From positions 58,838,001 to 58,902,000 of the forward strand of contig OX597827.1 of the NCBI GenBank assembly GCA_951406725.2: a DNA stretch of 64,000 nucleotides, in the 5' to 3' direction. Numbering within the stretch: the first letter of the stretch is position 1; the number at the start of each line of letters is the position of its first letter. Below the pieces are notes generated by a model. The model was not told the origin of the DNA, ran no database searches, and saw only the letters and a program-made list of their open reading frames with translations. This DNA comes from Octopus vulgaris. Its lineage: Eukaryota. The position numbers and the translations under genes are program-made. This document shows positions 1-15,179 of the stretch, piece by piece.

Positions 1-245
1 ACTCTTTTACTTGTTTCAGTCATTTGACTGTGGCCATGCTGGAGTACTGCCTTTAGTCGAGCAAATCGCTTAACAACCTATGCTGGTGTGTTTACGTCCC
101 CGTAACTTAACTGTTCGACAAAAAAGACCGACAGAATAAGTACTAGGCTTGCAAAGATTAAGACCTGGGGTCGATTTGCTCGACTAAAGGCGGTGCTCCA
201 GCATGGCCACAGTCACATGACTGAAACAAGTAAAAGAGTAAAGAG

Positions 246-277
<32 letters not shown>

Positions 278-599
278 ATTGTGTCTGAGAAGAGTCATTC
301 CCTTTTAGCTACTTATTAATTTAACACACTCACCAATCTGATTTCCACTCATTTACTTCTTTATTTTTACTAAAATTTTCGTTGTCTTGCAAACGTTTCC
401 ATAGTCTTTGACTGTCCGTTATTAGAACAGCGTTTCTTTCTGTATGCTTGTTTGTGCGTCTGCGTGTATCTCTGTGCATACACATATGTATGTATACATG
501 TATGGGTCTGTGCATGCTTGTATGTATGTACTCCGCATGTGAGTATGCATGTATTCTGCATAACCATGCGTCTGTTGGTTTGTAGTAATGTCAGTTGCA

Positions 600-890
600 A
601 TTAGGTTGTGGGATTATTTTATAATCAAAATGTCCAGAAATGGGAGCTGTTCCTTGCTATATTCCATTGTAAATTGAATATTGGAGTTTATACTGTTTGG
701 TGTGGATTTGAAATCCAGAAGTTTATCATAGGTTTCATTCCAGATGATAAAACAATTGTCGAGGTACCTTTTCCAGTTTTCTCTTATATACTGGTGGAAT
801 GGGGATCCAAATTTTTGGAGTAAAAGTTCATATAGGGTAGATTCAAAGAAACCCGTTATATATATCACATGGGAAAATGCGAGCATGAAA
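600..890 (-). mobile_element. Penelope-like element reverse transcriptase remnant
   Basis: Translation WKRYLDNCFIIW...INSNIQFTMEYSKEQLPFLDILI, typical of the Penelope RT YxDD / FT.E...LPFLD region; degraded. Confidence 0.75.
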
Positions 891-2032
891 AGTAATATTC
901 TTAAGATTATAAACCTGGAAAAGTACAGGACAAGTTGTTACACCTGGAAAAGTATAGGACAAACTATTACTTCTAGTAAAGAATAAGAAACTTTTTACTT
1001 AAAATATTGCAGCAAAGAATGCCAGTTCTTCTAATTTATCACTCTTTACAGTTCTCATCTTTAAGTTTATTGTACAAAACTGTTCAGTTAATTTTTAAGT
1101 TTGCCTAATTAGTCACTTTTTTCTGTATTTAAGGTAGTATATTAGCTAAATTCTACTTAAATAAGGAAAGTGTTATTTGTAAACTATAATAAAATATTTT
1201 TTAATATTCAAATATTAATTTTAGCTGCAACATTTTAAGTTGGCAAGCATGGTGGCAAGTATGGTGTTCATGCCTAGATGCTCTTCCTAATGCTAACCAC
1301 CTTACAGAGTGGTCTGTTTTGGCATGGATGCATGTATGTATATAGTTGTGTGTGTGCATGTGCGTTCATCATCATTTGCACAGTCACATTTCTGAGCATG
1401 GGTTACATGGAATTCACTGAGGCAGGCTGTCTCTGACTGGATGCCTTTCTTGTTGCCATCTGTTTCTGAGCAAGGTAATATTTCCCTTAGGTTGGATAAG
1501 CTTTCATAGAGAATCAGAAACAAGCAACACAGCTTGTGTAACAGTGAGATATGTTTACAACTATTGCACACACACACATGATAGACTTCTTTCAGTTTCT
1601 GCTAATCAAATATACTCAAAAGGTTTTATATATAATATTTATGTATTTATGAAATTATTGTCATATTTATTACAATGAGCATTGAAATGCTATTAAGAAA
1701 ATATGCAGGCATAAAATAAATGTATATAAATCTATAGACGTACAATTTTCCCTCTGTCTCTCTCTCTATATATATGTATATACACAGACATAGACAGATA
1801 GATACAAACACGTGTGTATATATCATCATCATCATCATATATGAATAGATAGATAGATTAATAAATAGACAAATATACATATATATATATATATGTATAT
1901 ATAAAAAATATGTTTATAGAGATAGATACATGTGTACATGTGTGTGTCTGTGTGCGTGTATTTGCATGAACATGAACATGTATGTGCGTGTGTGTGTGTG
2001 TATACTAGCAAATGCAACAACAACCTCAGTAG

Positions 2033-2483
2033 TCAATAATCATTCTTTTTCTGCCTCCGGTCTTTATGTGAAAATCTTCTGTGATGAGGCTCCTTATGAC
2101 CCTGATATCCTTGCTGACTGGGTTGCTCATCAAAGTCGTACATACCAAATTGGCGTCTCAGATTGGAGAAATAGGGTTTTTGCTCATGAGGTGCATATTT
2201 ATAGGGATTATACCGATAACAATTCTGTTGATAAGGTCTCTGTTGATAGGGTCTCTGTTGATAAGGCAATTGCAGATAGGGTTCTTGTTGATAAGGCGCT
2301 GTTTGATGAGAGTAATTTGGGACATCTTGTGAGTGAAGGGCATTATTAGAAAAATTGTCACCATCTTGTTGTTGCCGTTTTTTGCTTTTCTGCTTTTTTA
2401 TCTTGGAATTTGGTAAAGGAAGCTGACTAGACTCTTTTGATTTGCTGTTGGATAGTGAAAAATCAAATTTTCTTGGAACAAGT
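2033..2483 (-). CDS. DUSP11: DUSP11 terminal exon, K/R-rich and PYQQ-repeat low-complexity tail
   Basis: tttttatag|A CTT GTT; phase 2 matches exon 9; 149 open codons to the stop. Confidence 0.82.
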
Positions 2484-5400
2484 CTATAAAAATAAAAAAT
2501 AGAATAAAAAATCATAAAGTAATGAAAAACATATAAATGGTGAGAAAAATATTATTTTGAATTAAACACTTAGAAACATCTACATATATACATTATTTAC
2601 ATTTAATGGATATCTGTCCTCATCTTGTTTGTTGTTAACACAATGTTTCGACTGATATACCCTCCAGCCTTCATCAGGTGTCTTGGGGAAATTTGAACCT
2701 GGGTTCTCATTCCTAAGGTATTTTTCATCATTGTTGTTGCTATTGTTATTGTTATTATTATTATTATATACCTATTTCTTTACTACCCACAAGGGGCTAA
2801 ACACAGAGAGGACAAACAAGGACAGACAAACGGATTAAGTCGATTACATCGACCCCAGTGCATAACTGGTACTTATTTAATCGACCCTGAAAGGATGAAA
2901 GGCAAAGTCGACCTCGGCGGAATTTGAACTCAGAACATAGTGGCAACGAAATACCTATTTCTTTACTACCCACAAGGGGCTAAACACAGAGAGGACAAAC
3001 AAGGACAGACAAACGGATTGAGTTGATTACATCAACCCCAGTGCGTAACTGGTACTTATTTAATCGACCCTGAAAGGATGAAAGGCAAAGTCGACCTCGG
3101 CGGAATTTGAACTCAGAACGTAGCGGCAGACAAAATACCAGTAAGCATTTCGCCCGGCGTGCAAAAGATTCTGCCAGCTCGCCCAAACCACTGCACTGTT
3201 TATGGAGACAGATGAGATAACTCACCTTAGATCTCATTCCCCTTTTAATTTGTTACTGAATTTAATCTTATGTATGCATCATCATGGCATACCACTCCTG
3301 GATGGGATCTGGGATGAGTTGTTAAAACACCTAAAAGGTGTTTTAACACACAGTGCAATAAGAGAGTCATCCTTCAAGGGCTTTACTGCAACAAACTGGC
3401 AAACAAACAAAACACATACATCAAGTTTGAAGGCGGTTTAGCTGGCAAAAACGTTAGCATGCCAGGCGAAATGCTTAGCGGTATTTCGTCTGCCGTTACA
3501 TTCTGAGTTCAAATTCCGCCGAGGTCGACTTTGCCTTTCATCCTTTCGGGGTCAATTAAATGAGAGCCAGTTACGCATGGGGGTCGATATAATCAACTTA
3601 ACCCCTTTGTTTGTCCTCTCTGTGTTTAGCCCCTTGTGGGTAGTAAAGAAATAGGTATTTCCTCTGCCGCTACGTTCTGAGTTCAAATTCTGCCGAGTTC
3701 GACTTTGCCTTTCATCCTTTCGGGGTCAATTAAATGAGTACCAGTTATGCACTGGGGTTGATATAATCAACTTAATCCGTTTGTTTGTCCTCTTTGTGTT
3801 TAGCCCCTTGTGGGTAGTAAAGAAATAAGTATGTGTAGCTGATAATGTTTACAACACTAGCACTGATTTTAATTTACTACTGAACTCTATCACTGCTTTG
3901 TTCTAAATAGGTTTTTTGGCCCTATACAAAGTCAGCTTTATCTCTGAGAAAAGACAGACCACATATATCTGGTCTCTAGATTTTGACCTGTCCTGCACAG
4001 AAGGCCTTATCAAGAGCTCACACTCCAAAGGTATAGCTCCCAGTGTAACTGAGGCCCACAAGCCCCCATAGCACAAGAAGAATTAGACCCACTTCACTAA
4101 AATACAGCGCTAAATAACAGAATTTTAGAGAAATGACATTTTAATGGAAGGAGAGGAACTGGAGATTCTATTATTGTTTAAGAAACAAAGTTCCAAAATT
4201 AGAAAATCGTAATACAACCAGCTTACCGTAATAGATCAGTTATATAATTTTCTCTTTCCATCTTATGTCCTCGAGCTTTATCAAATTCTAAAAAAGACAA
4301 AAATTTATCATTAATTTATCATATACTAGCAGTATCGCCCGGCGTTGCTTGGGTTTGTAAGGGAAATAACTATATAAGCATTTTTAGAGATGTAAAGTAT
4401 AATAGCCATCTCAATATGGCTAACCACAAAGGGGGGGTGGTGTTACTGTAGCTTTTTACGTTCTGAGATTTAATAATAAATTTTTAGAGAGTTACTTCCC
4501 TTTTATATGCCAAAAATGCATTAAAAATGGGAAAAATTGATGGTAAATTTTTTTTTAAATTGTAGACTCATCGTAGATGCGCCCTAATACCCAGAAGGGC
4601 TCGATATGAATCACGACTATAAGATACCCGGTTTTGGTTAAACTGCACCAAAAAATGTGGGAGTAGTTAGGAATCTAAATTCATTCACAAGGCATTGATC
4701 AACCTAGAGCTATGATACAAGTCATTTGCCCAAGGTACCATGCAATGGGATTGAACCAGAAACCACATGGTTGCAAAGTGAGCTTCTTCACCACAAAGCT
4801 ATGGCTGCACCTACAGCCATGCCAAAACCAATACTGGTGTTGATCAACTGAAATATCATACAATCATTCATGTTATGAAATTTCATCAACATATTCATCC
4901 TCATCATCATCAACATCAGTTTTCTATGCTGGCATGGCTGGAAAGTTTGACAAAAGCTGTCCAGGCAGAAGACTCCGCCAGGCTTCACAGTCTATCTCGG
5001 TGCTCTTCCCAACACCAACCAGAGTGAACTAGAGTGAACTGAGTGCTTTTTATGTGACACCAGCACCAGTGAGGGCTGTTTTGCTATGGTTTTTACAGCT
5101 GGATGCCCTTCCAAATGCCAACTACTTTACAGTGTGGCCTGAATGCTTTTTACATGGCACCAGCACTGGTAAGGTTACTAAGACAGATTCTTTGAGCGGG
5201 ACAAGATTTTAATTTCATTATTAGTGATAGAAGCAGCATGAATGCCAAAATGTAATATTCATCTCCACTTAAAAGTGGGCGTTGTATTAGGACACAAAAT
5301 ACTGCGATAGTTGCCATGAGAGACACTCTTATATTGGTTTTTGGTGCATATAAGCACTCTTGTTTAAATTACAAGAGGGGAGATAAATCACCTGCTATCA

Positions 5401-8400
5401 TCACTGCCAAGACAGCTAGATCACATGATTTCAGATTTCCCTGGCCTTCTCAATTTTAAGTTTAAATACCAACACTTTGGTACGAGTCGTTTCAAAGAAT
5501 TTGGAAATAAAATGGTAAAACACTTGAATAAACATCTTCGAAATTAAATATTTTGAATAAAAATGGTAGTTACATGTCTTGTGAAAGAAGCAAAATTTAG
5601 TGACTTTCCTCAAACAAGAGACAATACAAAGCCTACAGAAGGATGTGAGTTATCAATCAATAAGCACGGTTAAACATAAACTAAATGATGCTAAACTTAT
5701 GGACAAAAAAATTACTTACCATCAATTGCAACTTGGGGTGGAAAATTCATTTTAGTGATCATGTATCTGAAATGTAGAGTTACCTTTGATATAAACATAC
5801 ATACATACCTATGTACTTACATATATAAATATATAACATATACATAATACAAATAAGAAAATGGAGAAACAAATTCATCTCGTTCATCAACTTACGGATA
5901 TTACAATTTTACATTATTTATTAATTATACAAATAGGAACATCAAAGTCAAACAAAACTTGTTTTGATGAATTTGTTTCTCCATTTTCTTATTTGTATTA
6001 TGAATTTACGGTAAAAATATTTTTTACCATCACCCATTTAATACAATAGATGAATTAATTGCATTGCAATTAAAAGCATTTATGTATCAAGAATTTGGGT
6101 ACTTTACCAGCAGTATATTGGATAACTGATATCCCATAGTGGGTTACATTCATAACCCCTATCTTACTTTGTACATATATACATATATATGAACACAGGT
6201 AAACATATACATACATATAAATGTATACAGGTACATATATATATATACATATAGATATATATTCCTTTACTTTGAGAAATATTTTGACTGTTAATAAGAG
6301 TTTGGGCGAGCACAAAGGGTGACCAAAGAAGCCCATCCTAAGTGTATGTGTTCACTTACAACCTATGCTGAGCTACAGTTACAAACGTTCACATTTCCAG
6401 TTTGTTGTTGACAAACAATGGCAGTAATTTTATTCAGCTAAATACACGTCACTGATTGGTTGAAATTACTGAAATACGACGACTTTAACAAGAAATAACT
6501 TCCAAAGTACAGAATTTTCTCAACAACGCCAAGAGTAAAAGATGTTTTATGTGGCACATTCTACCAGTATACGAAGTTTGAAAGTGTTTAGTTACAAAAA
6601 ATTATTTTTAAAATCTGTCGGTCAAAAGTTAAAGATCCCAGGCGGGTTCTAGCTAAAAAAAACTTTCATATCTGCAAAAAGGTTGGAGACCGGAAAAGTG
6701 TCCACTTATAAAACTCCTACTTCAATTAACTGCCATTCTAAGCCATGCTAATTTGAAAAAGACGTTAAATAAAATAAACATCCGAAGCGTATGCTGTGGG
6801 AGATATTTCAAGGGAGGCAACTCTGTTGGTATCAGATGCATAGTATATTAATTGCGATGTAGAAAGGGGGACGTATGAAGATAGAAGTTCTCTAATGTTC
6901 CCTAAACATGATGAGTGTTCCTTTGGAAATTTATAATCCAACTTTTAGAATGCACCACTCCCCCCACCCGCTTACACACACATGTGCATGTGTATATGTG
7001 TGTTTGGACCTAGTCGGTCTGACGGACGAACACGATGTATGTATGCATAGGTATCTGTGTGTGTACTCTTTTACTTGTTTCAGTCATTTGACTGCGGCCA
7101 TGCTGGAGCACCGCCTTTAATCGAGCAACTCGACCCCGGGACTTATTCTTTGTAAGCCCAGTACTTATTCTATCGGTCTCTTTTGCTGAACCGCTAAGTG
7201 ACGGGGAGATAAACACACCAGCATCGGTTGTCAAGCAATGCTAGGGGGACAAACACAGACACAGAAACATACATGCACACACACATATATATACACATAT
7301 ATACGACGGGCTTCTTTCAGTTTCCGTCTACCAAATCCACTCACAAGGCTTTGGTCGGCCTGAAGCTATAGTAGAAGACACTTGCCCAAGGTGCCATGCA
7401 ATGGGACTGAACCTGGAATTCATCATCATCGTTTAACATCCATTTTCCATGCTGGCATAGGTTGGATGGTTTGACTGGGGACTGGGAAGCCAGGAGGCCA
7501 CACCATGCTCCAATCTGATCTGGCAGTGTTTCTACAGCTGGATGCCTTTCCTAACGCCAACCACTCCGAGAGTATAGTGGGTGCTTTTTATGTCCCACTG
7601 GCACTGAAGCCAGTCAGGCAGCACTGGCACTGGTCCCGTTCGAATGGTGCACGGGGAGCCAGTCAGGCGGCACTGGCAATAACCCACGCATGCATGGTGC
7701 TTATTGCATGCCACCAGCACGGGAGCCAGTCAGGCAGCACTGGCATCAGCCACAACTACACTTTCCATTTGATTGTGATTTGATTTGAACTTTGATGTTA
7801 CTTGACTCAATGGGTCTCCTCAAGCACAGAATGGGCTGGTTATGTGACACTGGTGTAGGCTATGGCTGTGATCTCACTTTACTTGCTGGGTTTTCTCAAT
7901 CACAGCATATCTCCAGAGATCTCAGTCTTTCGCCATTGCCTCACACACATGCATCATACAATCTACCTTTCACTCTGAGCAAGAGGCCCTTTGTCACCAG
8001 TAGAGGTAGGAGCTTTCTGAACTTTGCCCAGGCTATTCTTATTCTAGTGGCAATGCTCTCCGAGCATCCACCCCCACTACAGACTTGGTCACCTAGGTAG
8101 CAGAAGCTATCAACTACTTCTAGTTTCCCCTCACTGGCATGTGATGGAATCAGTTCTCTGAGCATCTACAGTGTTTATTGCCCGTGCATCTGCCACACAC
8201 AAAAGCTATCTTCCTGGTTAACTTTCCTTTGATGTTGCTGCACCTCTTATGTGTCCACAGCTCACACAGGGTACATCTTATGGAGTTTTTACCGACACCT
8301 TTTCTACAGATCGAGCAGGGCCATCTACCTGAATGGGTTTGTAATGTGTTGTCTTCCTACTTACTAGGACTTTAGTTTTTGCAACATTGACTCTAAGGCC

Positions 8401-11400
8401 CTTCAATTCTAAACATTGCTTCCACACCTGAAATTTCTTCTCTAGTTCTGGTAGTGATTCCGCTATGAGAGCAAGGTCATCAGTATAGAGGAGCTCCCAG
8501 GAACAACCTGTCTTGAATTCCTCTGTTATTGCCTGGAAGACTATGATAAATAAGAGGGGGCTGAGGGTGAATCCCTACTTCTACCTTGATGAGCCCCTAC
8601 TTCTACCCCAAATTCTTCACTATGCTCAATGCTAACCCTTACCTTCTTAACGGCATCCCTGTACAGCTCTTATTAACCACTCGTCAATCCCCAGTTTCTG
8701 CATCACCCACCAGATAAGATATCGGAGGACACTATCAAAAGCTTTCTCCAAGTCAACAAAGTCAAGTATAGGGGTTTATCTTTGGCTAGGTATTTCTCCC
8801 GCAGTTGCCATACCAGGAATATAGAAAATAGTATAATTACATATTCTACATATACGCACATATACCACAAGATAAAAAAAATTCACAAGGCTTATCTTAC
8901 CGACATATAAAATATCCAGTTCTGTTGAGTCCATGAGTACAGTGGGCAACAATGATTTTATCTGAAAAATAAAACAAATATGCAAACTCCAATTAACATA
9001 TTCCAATGTTTCTTCAATGACACACACTCTCATGGGTCTTGTCTTCCATCCAGCAGGGTGTCGAGAAGACACCCTACTCCCAAAGAAGAGCTTAGTGGTG
9101 ATGCCAGTTTAGACACTAATGGCCCAACCATGGAACAGGTTGTACTCAGTAATATGTTACAATTAACACTCAAAAGTAACTTCACATAGAATATACACGT
9201 CTCTCTATATATAAAGCTGAAGTTGTCTGTGTATGGCAGGTTTGGTAGTCTTTAACTAACACAATCTCCTCCAAAACCCTGCGGCACAAGTTGACAAAAA
9301 TTGAAAGTATGATAGAAGAAGGTTTGCTATTCCTTACATAGAAGGAAAACTTCAAATCAGACCATGTTAACACCAAAAATTATTTACATAAAAAAAAGTG
9401 CTTTTTTTCTATGAAAATCCCTATTTTTTACAATTTTTTGACTGCTGTGTTGCCATTTTTCAGTGTATTTCAACCAGAAAAATGTTCACTTAAAGAGAAT
9501 AACAAGCTACATAATGCAAAATGTAAAATCGAAACAAACCCGAGCAACGCCGGGCGATACTGCTAGTATATAATATATGCATATATATCATCATCATCAT
9601 CCTTATATATATAACATCATCATCATTGTTGCCCACTGTACTCATTTCCAGTCTGATTCCAGTCTGATTTGGCTTAGATTTTATAGCTCAATACCCTTCC
9701 TTACACCAACCATTTTGCAGTGTATTCGGGGCGCTATTAACATGGGACTGACACAAGCACTTTTATGTGGTGTTGGCTCAAATCCTTTTTATATGGCACC
9801 AGCATAGTGCTCTTGCAGGCCAGGGTGCGGCATATATATACGTATACTCTTTTACTTGTTTCAGTCATTTGACTGTGTCTTTGTAAGCCTAGTGCTTATT
9901 CATTTGGTCTCTTTTGCCGAACCACTAAATTATGGCAACATAAACACACCAGCATTGGTTGTCAAGCGATGTTGGGGTGGGGGTGGGGGGCAAACACAGA
10001 CACACACACATATATATATACATATATACAACAAGCTTCTTTCAGTTTCCGTCAACCAAATCTACTCACAAGGCTTTGGTCGACCCGAGGCTATAGTAGA
10101 AGACACTTGCCCAAGGTGCCACGCAGTGGGACTGAACCCAGAATCATGTGGTTGGTAAATAAGCTACTTACCACACAGCCACTCATCATCATCATCAACT
10201 GTCTACTTGTGTATTTTCTCATGAGTCAGGGTAAATTTTTTGAGGTAAATTCTCTATGCTCAACTACCCTTCATGTTGTCAACCCTCACACACAAAAGAA
10301 TAGTTGCAATGAATCTTTTTCTTAATATCAACAAAACACCAGAGTCAAGCCTATGAGGGAACCTCTATATGGTCACTTAACTTGCTAGAAAGAGCAACCA
10401 TATCCCCTTTAAAATTACACCCAACCACCTTACAAACAGAAAAGATATAATGAATAACGCAATCACAATTATATCAAGTTGGTCACAGCTGGAATGCTTA
10501 TGATCACTGGTCTCATTTACCAGAGCTAACCAGGGATTAATCCACAAACTGCAAAGAAATTGTTTTCTTCTCTATGCTCAAGATCAAGTCTGGGTAGAGG
10601 GTGGGTATCATCATCATCATCATCATCGTTTAACGTCCGCTTTCCATGCTGGCATGGGTTGGATGGTTCAACTGGGGTCTGGAAAGCCAGAAGGCTGCAC
10701 CAGGCCCAGTCTGATCTGGCAGTGTTTCTACAGCTGGATGCCCTTCCTAACGCCAACCACTCCGTGAGTGTAGTGGGTGCTTTTTACGTGCCACCAGCAC
10801 AGGGACCAGACGAAGCTGGCAACAGCCACGGTCGGATGGTGCTTTTTATGTGCCACTGGCATGGAGGCCAGTCGGGCGGCACTGGCTACGGCCACGTTCG
10901 GATGGTTCTCTTACATGCCACCGGCACTGGTATCACGGCCACAAATTCCATTGATAGATTATGATTTTGATTTTTGCTTGCCTCGACAGGTCTTCACAAG
11001 TGAAGTTTTGTGTCCCAAGAAGGAAAGGAATGCATAAGTGGGCTGGCTACATCCCAGGTATAGGCCATGGGATTATGGCCTCACTTGTCCTGCCGGGTCT
11101 TCTCACGCACAGCATACTTCTAAAGGTCTCGGTCTCTAGTTATTTCCTCGGTGAGACCTAGCTGATTGAATTTCTTCTACCCCAATACATTACAGATACA
11201 TCATTCAGAACTACAAGGAACTTGAAGGAATGAAATATAAAGTTGGGTAAAAACAAACAAACATGTTAACTTACTCTTCTTAGAATTATCCTTCAAAAAG
11301 GCATCAACAGTTTTAAAGAATCTGGAATATAGGAAAAAAATAAAAAGAGGTAAAACTATATATATAGGTGCAGGTTTATCTGTGTACGAACTTTTAAGCT

Positions 11401-14400
11401 TGCTCCTGTGGAGGGCTAATTGGGCCTGCAGCGCAAAACTAAAGGGAACAATAATAATAATCAAGTATGTATTTGTACCCTACAAATATGATATTACTTT
11501 AACCCTTTAGTGTTCAGATTACTTTGTCAAAAGTTCTATTTGCTTATTCAAATTGTGTTGAATTAATCATACTTTATCTCATAATGTTAAGATTTTAATG
11601 ATGTGATTGTTTGTTTTCCCAATGACATTGCAAGGTAGGTGTGAAAGGCCAGATCTGACCAGCTTGTACATAAAACAGATAGAATATTTAGGCCAGATAT
11701 GGCCACTGTAAATGCTTATATTTTAAGTTCACAAATTTTTGGAGTTCTTTTAAAATTTGAGTTTTCAACAGCATATAACAAATCCTTGTCTTGACCTGGT
11801 CCCAATGACAGATATTCAAGAACCAAATGAAGGGCAGATTTTCAATCCTAGGATCATCCTGATTCCAAAAAGGTATAATACGCCTATATAGAGCAAATAT
11901 AGACTGAGATACAGGGGTCCCTGATGGACAGATAGGCAGAATTTTGCATTTATTATTGTATGTATATATATATATATCACCGTGACCGACCAGGCCATCA
12001 GATGCTGCTACACATCGCTGGTCACAATGCGCTTTGCATTGTTTTAGCCTTCAAATGATGCCACCCCGCTGGCTAAGCGAGCAGGCCAATGTATATATAT
12101 ATATATATATATTTATAAATGGAGTTTAACGCAGGTATAATTCAAATACTTTTACTTTCGACATGTTTCCTCTTTCTATAGGCTACTTCTGACGTTATAT
12201 CATATAACGTTTTTTCAAACAATATTAATAGCATTCAGTAAATCACTATACATATCCATCATATTCTGTTAAAATGTCTTATTGATGAGTATCATTTCTT
12301 CATTTCCCTGGAGTGAAGATTACATTGTTTTACACCATTTATTCCTTTGGAATAATATCAGTGAAATCTTCGAAACATGTGTCAGAAGTAAAAGTATTTA
12401 AATTATACCTGCGTTAAACTCCATTTCTTTATTTATATATTATACAAAAAATTCCACGTAAACCCGAAGTTTCTACCTTTAAAAACAAGGAGTTACAACC
12501 TCTTTACTTGTGTGATTTTTTGCTACCCTGGTAACCATTTGTCTATTTTTTCTGTGTTAATTGTTAACAAGGGAAAAATACACTCATCTATTTATATATT
12601 TATATATATATATATATATATAATATACATATATATATATATATATATATAATGTGTGTGACAAACAGTGTTAGTGTATTTACATCCCCATAACTGAGTG
12701 GTTTGGTAAGAGACCAACAGTACATATACCAGGCCAAAAAACAAAGTACTGGAGCCAATCCAAAGTGCTGCTCCAGCATGGCTGCAGTCTAATGACTGAA
12801 ACGAGTAAAAGATAACAGATATACGTACGATGATATAACTGATCTCTTTGGAATTACTCTTCCTTCTGTGTAGATTTTCATATAATCTATTCCTTCTTTA
12901 CATTTGAAATCCTGAAAAATTTAAATGCTACAGAAATATCAACCAATACAAAGCGAATCAATGAATACATACAAAAAATATAATAAAGTTATACATAGGC
13001 GTAGGAGTGGCTGTGTGGTTATTAGCTTGCTTTCGAACCACATGGTTCCGGGTTCAGTCCCACTGCATGGCACCTTGGGTAAGTGTCTTCTACTATGGCC
13101 AGTGTTGATGATACATAAAAGGCACCCAGTACACTCTGTGGAGTGGTTGGCATTAGGAAGAGCATCCAGCTGTAGAAACCATGCCAAAACAGACTAGAAC
13201 CTGGTGCAGCTCTCCGGGTTCCCAGTTCCAGTCAAACTGTGTAACCCATGCTAGCCTGGAAAATGGATGCTAAATAATGACGATGATGATGATGATTGCC
13301 TTTCATCAAAATCTCTAGTTTTTTAAACAAGATTGGGAGATTTCTGTAGGGAAAGCACTGCATGGCTTTAAGAATTAAATAACTACTTACATTCGGGTTG
13401 TAGTATCTGCCAGTGTTAGTGAAATCAACAACAAGACCAACTTGTGGCACTGCCTCAATCAAGTCATTTGGCGTAAATCTTTACATACAAAAAAAAAAGA
13501 AAATAAATGAATAAAAATAAAGGCAAAAATTAATGAATAAAAATAAAGGCAAAAATTAAGTATTAAACACAGAAATCCTCCATTTCCCAAACAACTTTTC
13601 ATTGTGTGAAATAGAAAATATAAAAAGTGGCTTTATATAAATATAAAGGCGTAGTAGTACTCGTCTGGTGCTTATTTTATCAACCCTGAAAGGTTGAAAG
13701 GCAAAGTTGACCACAGCAGAATTTGAACTCAGAACATTTGAGATGGATGAAATGATACTAAGCATTTTTTCGGGCATGCTAACAATTCTGCTAAGTCACT
13801 GTCTTGGGGGTAAACTTAATAATAATGACAGCTTATATATGATAATAGTGTTAATGGTAATTTATAACTGATGGTGTTTGATAATAACAATTTATACATG
13901 ATAATGGTGATAAGGACAGTTTAATGATGGTATATATAAATGGTAGTGACATCTTTATAAATATATACACAGACTGGAATTACACCTCACCTCATCTCAT
14001 CAGCAAGAGAAACAGTCAGATTCTGAAAGATAACAAAATCGAATCAAAGTATGCAAATAAATTTAAAGGCATGTATTTAATAAGCAGGCACAAAGAGCCA
14101 TTGACGAAGAAGACATCTGAAGAATTGGTAATAACCCCAAAACAAAGTCAACTTGTTCTTCATATCATTCTTATTCCCGACTCTATTTATATAACAAGGT
14201 TTAGAAAAAAAAAAAAATACAGCCATCAGAAGTGCACATGTGGCTGTATGGCAAGAAGTTTGCTGTTCAGCCACATGGTTCTGAGTTCAGTCCCATTGCA
14301 TGGCACCTTGGGCAAGTGTCTTCTACTATTGCCCCAGGCCAACCAAAGCCTTCTGAGTAGATTTAACAAATAGAAACTGAAAGAAGCCCATCACATTTTA

Positions 14401-15133
14401 TATATATATATATATTTATACTTGGCAACTTGCCATACACAAGAAGACACGTACTCCGCAGCAGAAGTGTCAAGATCAATTCCTTCTGGTGGTACCACGT
14501 AAAAGCATCCATGTGGTGCTATGTAATAGCACCAGTGTGGCAACAAGTAAAAGTACCTGTGCAGTTCCATGTAAAAGTTCCTGTGTGGTGCCACATAAAA
14601 AAGCCTTTGTGGCACCATGTAAAAGCACCCAGTACACCTTATTATATCTTTTAATTACTAAATGTTACATGCATTATTATATGCAATACTGTATTAATAT
14701 GATTCAACAATAGTTGTATGCATGCACACACCCAAAGATATGCACATAAACAGCTAACATTGAATCATATTATTAATACAATATTACATGTAATATATGT
14801 AACATTCAGCAATAGCTGATGATGATGCATTGAGACTATTGTAGTGATTTGTAATAAAGTCTGTTCAATCCATTTTCTCATATTAAAATTCATGTGTCTG
14901 AGTGTGTATATATTTGGGTCTCGTCTTCACATCATGTGAAAGCTGTAAATGATTGTCATTGTTATACAAGCAGTGTCATTTATTTCTAATATACTGTGAG
15001 ACCATGGCTAGCCATAAGGAAAAATTACCTTGCTTGGAAGGTAATATAACACACACACATATATATACATACATATATTTATATACATACATATATTTGT
15101 ATACATACATATATTTGTATACATACATATATT

Positions 15134-15179
<46 letters not shown>

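Noticed and set aside
1930-2349. 139-aa plus-strand ORF with VSVDK repeats
   Set aside because: Antisense shadow of the DUSP11 terminal exon, starting in a microsatellite
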